From Arthrobacter ginkgonis (GTDB lineage Bacteria > Actinomycetota > Actinomycetes > Actinomycetales > Micrococcaceae), in contig NZ_BAABEO010000025.1 of NCBI RefSeq assembly GCF_039540195.1, positions 83,631 through 107,630 on the forward strand: a stretch of DNA of 24,000 bases, written 5' to 3'. The translations under genes were made by a program, and so were the position numbers. Below the pieces are notes generated by a model that did not search any database, was not told the origin of the DNA, and was given only the letters and a program-made list of their open reading frames with translations. This document shows positions 22,495 to 24,000 of the stretch, in pieces. Within the stretch, counting starts at the first letter, position 1; the number at the start of each line of letters is the position of its first letter.

Positions 22495-22740
22495 ATGACC
22501 AACGCCCACAACATCGCCGACGAGATCCTCGCCAAGTCCTCCAAGGGCCTCCCGGCCAGGTATACCGACCTGGACGACCGCACGCGCGCCCTTGTCGAGT
22601 CCCGCGCGGCCGCCGCCGGTACGACCCCGGAAAACTACTGGTCCGCCGTCCTGGCCCAGCGCGAGCAGGACCAGGCCAAGCGCGACGCCTCCGCCAAGGC
22701 CCAGGAGATCGCCCTAGCCGCCCGTTCGCGCGGCTACTAG
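22495..22740 (+). CDS. Hypothetical protein (81 aa)
   Basis: ATG 22495 is preceded by CAGAAAGGCACCCC, inside track ORF 22453..22740. Sequence: MTNAHNIADEILAKSSKGLPARYTDLDDRTRALVESRAAAAGTTPENYWSAVLAQREQDQAKRD... Confidence 0.6.
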   Translation: MTNAHNIADEILAKSSKGLPARYTDLDDRTRALVESRAAAAGTTPENYWSAVLAQREQDQAKRDASAKAQEIALAARSRGY

Positions 22741-22747
22741 GCCCGCC

Positions 22748-23044
22748 GTGCTGGAGACCGGCCGGAGGATGCCGAAGAAAACGCGGGAGCAACGAGCGTA
22801 TGACCGCCGTGTTCGTTCCCGCGTCGAGGGCTTCATGGTCTGCCTCGGCAAGTTCGCCACCGACGCCCACGCGGACGCCGTCCCGCTCGGTCTCCTCGGC
22901 TGGCTCCGCCGCTCCGAGTACCTCGCACTGTCCGAGGCCGAGCGGCTGGAGCACCTCAAGGCCGCCGTCCGCGCTGAGGTGAAGGCCGACGAGGGACCGC
23001 GCCCCGCGCACCCTGACGAGGCCGAGCCCTGGCCCACCTACTAA
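22748..23044 (+). CDS. Hypothetical protein (91-98 aa); short member of a second tandem paralog pair
   Basis: Start is GTG 22748 or ATG 22769. EQRAYDRRVRSRV...FA...A.PLGLL...YLALSEAERLEHLKAAVRAEVKADEGPRPAHPDE aligns with the N-terminal half of the next ORF. Confidence 0.6.
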   Translation: MLETGRRMPKKTREQRAYDRRVRSRVEGFMVCLGKFATDAHADAVPLGLLGWLRRSEYLALSEAERLEHLKAAVRAEVKADEGPRPAHPDEAEPWPTY

Positions 23045-23075
23045 CCCAACTCGTTTACACGAAGGACCCAACCCC

Positions 23076-23711
23076 ATGAACATCGAGACCACCGCCACCG
23101 AGACCAGCAAGCCGAATCACACCCCGGAACAGCGCCGCTATGACCGCGCGGTTTACCGCCGCGTTAAGCGCGGCATGGAGCACAGCGCCAGGTTCGCCGC
23201 CGCCGACGCCGCAACCGCCCCGCTCGCCCTCATGGCGCCCCACTCCCGCGCGGCCTGGCTGGCCCTGGACGAGGCCGCACGCCTGGACCATTTGCGCCAG
23301 GTCCTCCGCGCCCAGGCTAAGGCCGTCATCGGCCCGCGCCCGGAGGACGTCGAGGAGACCGCACCGGCCACCGTCGAGACCACGGCCGCACCGGCCACCG
23401 TCGAGACCACGGCCGCACCGGCCACGCCTGCCCGCCCCTCCGGCCGCCGCCTCGTCGTTGCCTGCATCGGCGGGTGCGGAACCTGGATAGTCGCCACCTC
23501 GGCCCGGCCCGCCGTCGTGCGATGCACGCCCGGCCAGCGCCGCGCCCAGCGCGAGGACCCGACCGGCGCCGCTCCCGTTGAGGCCCGCTCGTCGCACGCC
23601 GCGACCGCCTCGGCCGTCGACTACTCCGCCGCCCGTGCCGAGCGCCCGGCCGCCGCCCAGGGTAGGCGCAAAGCCAAGCGCCGCGCCCGCGCCGCGACCT
23701 GCGGCAAGTAG
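23076..23711 (+). CDS. Hypothetical protein (211 aa); long member of the second paralog pair, with a 9-aa tandem repeat and a Cys-containing basic C-terminal extension
   Basis: ATG is preceded by ACGAAGGACCCAACCCC. EQRRYDRAVYRRV...FAAADAATAPLALM...WLALDEAARLDHLRQVLRAQAKAVIGPRPEDVEE is paralogous to the upstream ORF. It continues with PATVETTAA x2.5, then VVACIGGCGTWIV...VVRCTPGQRR and an RRKAKRRARA tail. Confidence 0.65.
   Translation: MNIETTATETSKPNHTPEQRRYDRAVYRRVKRGMEHSARFAAADAATAPLALMAPHSRAAWLALDEAARLDHLRQVLRAQAKAVIGPRPEDVEETAPATVETTAAPATVETTAAPATPARPSGRRLVVACIGGCGTWIVATSARPAVVRCTPGQRRAQREDPTGAAPVEARSSHAATASAVDYSAARAERPAAAQGRRKAKRRARAATCGK
23361..23428 (+). repeat. In-frame 27-bp tandem repeat, about 2.5 copies
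   Basis: GCACCGGCCACCGTCGAGACCACGGCC occurs at 23361-23387 and identically at 23388-23414, with a partial copy GCACCGGCCACGCC at 23415-23428. Confidence 0.9.
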
Positions 23712-23725
23712 CCACGCACACCGAG

Positions 23726-23765
23726 AGGAGGCCGAGCACATGCACAAGCACACGCTCGGCCTCCT
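23726..23765 (+). terminator. Stem-loop after the 211-aa ORF
   Basis: 12-bp perfect stem AGGAGGCCGAGC (23726-23737) / GCTCGGCCTCCT (23754-23765) with a 16-nt loop, 15 nt after the stop. About 155 nt of non-coding DNA follows before the next RBS. Confidence 0.4.
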
Positions 23766-23919
23766 AGCCCGGCCAGGGTGGGGGGTGACCCCTCCCCCGC
23801 CCCCTCGCTCCTGCCCGAAGCGGCATAGCACTAGGCCCCAAGCGTGCGACCCGTGTTTTTCAGCCCCAGCCCATCCCCGGCCGTCCCTACGGCCACCACG
23901 ACGACCAGGAGGTCGCCCC

Positions 23920-24000
23920 ATGACTACCCCAACCGCCCCAGCCGTCGACCCCGACGTCGACGAGATCCCCACTCCCGCGCACCTCGGCGAGGCGGGCGCG
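23920..24000 (+). CDS. Partial CDS (first 27 codons; runs off the right edge), hypothetical
   Basis: ATG 23920 is preceded by CAGGAGGTCGCCCC. It reads MTTPTAPAVDPDVDEIPTPAHLGEAGA and is open to the window end. Confidence 0.4.
   Translation, partial: MTTPTAPAVDPDVDEIPTPAHLGEAGA

Larger units (their letters stand above)
16766..24000. mobile_element. Integrated element (prophage, satellite or AICE-like) with a serine integrase at its left end; the right end is outside the window
   Basis: It interrupts a host gene and carries a terminal large serine recombinase. All downstream ORFs are on one strand, with shared initiation-region motifs and no host-like functions. Confidence 0.7.

Noticed and set aside
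20036-23972. Minus-strand and alternative-frame ORFs across the element cargo (20036..20332-, 20406..20723-, 20575..21039-, 21098..21655-, 21604..22509-, 22364..23110-, 23055..23972-, 20773..21330+, among others).
   Set aside because: They are all Arg/Gly/Pro-rich and lack RBSs. They lie antisense or out of frame to the + strand ORFs, which carry the conserved GAAAGGACCCC initiation cassette.

Overview
High-GC (by eye about 65-70%) actinobacterial chromosomal DNA; a Micrococcales/Arthrobacter-like host is inference only. The window has two parts. (1) Positions 1-16.7 kb are host DNA. They carry a partial acyl-CoA-dehydrogenase-like gene, a DUF6766-type membrane protein preceded by a coupled micro-ORF, and a GAF-domain regulator next to a long flavin-containing (type II FMO/BVMO-like) monooxygenase. 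A GNAT acetyltransferase and a CocE/NonD hydrolase are transcribed divergently from an MBL-fold hydrolase across an 18-bp all-A/T perfect palindrome. A minus-strand, hydrolase-rich putative catabolic cluster follows: GntR/HutC regulator, degenerate PTE-like paralog, canonical PTE-like amidohydrolase, class A FAD monooxygenase, HSL-type esterase, MFS transporter and a CPBP-like membrane protein. The host part ends with a DUF2231 membrane protein. (2) At about 16766 a luciferase-like (LLM) oxidoreductase gene is cut after about 86 codons by an integrated element that runs off the right edge. The element opens with a Bxb1-type large serine integrase. Next comes about 1.3 kb with no credible ORF, densely packed with repeats: two GTGG-iteron/AT-core modules, a 46-48 bp tandem hairpin repeat, and a hairpin cascade ending in a terminator-like structure. 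A small CxxC...CxxxC protein and a same-strand run of unrecognisable Ala-rich ORFs follow. These ORFs include two pairs of tandem divergent paralogs and share a near-identical GAAAGGACCCC...ATG initiation region. The most unusual signals are the structured non-coding block and orphan cargo of the element, and the canonical/degenerate PTE tandem. All homology calls are by-eye motif recognition, not searches.
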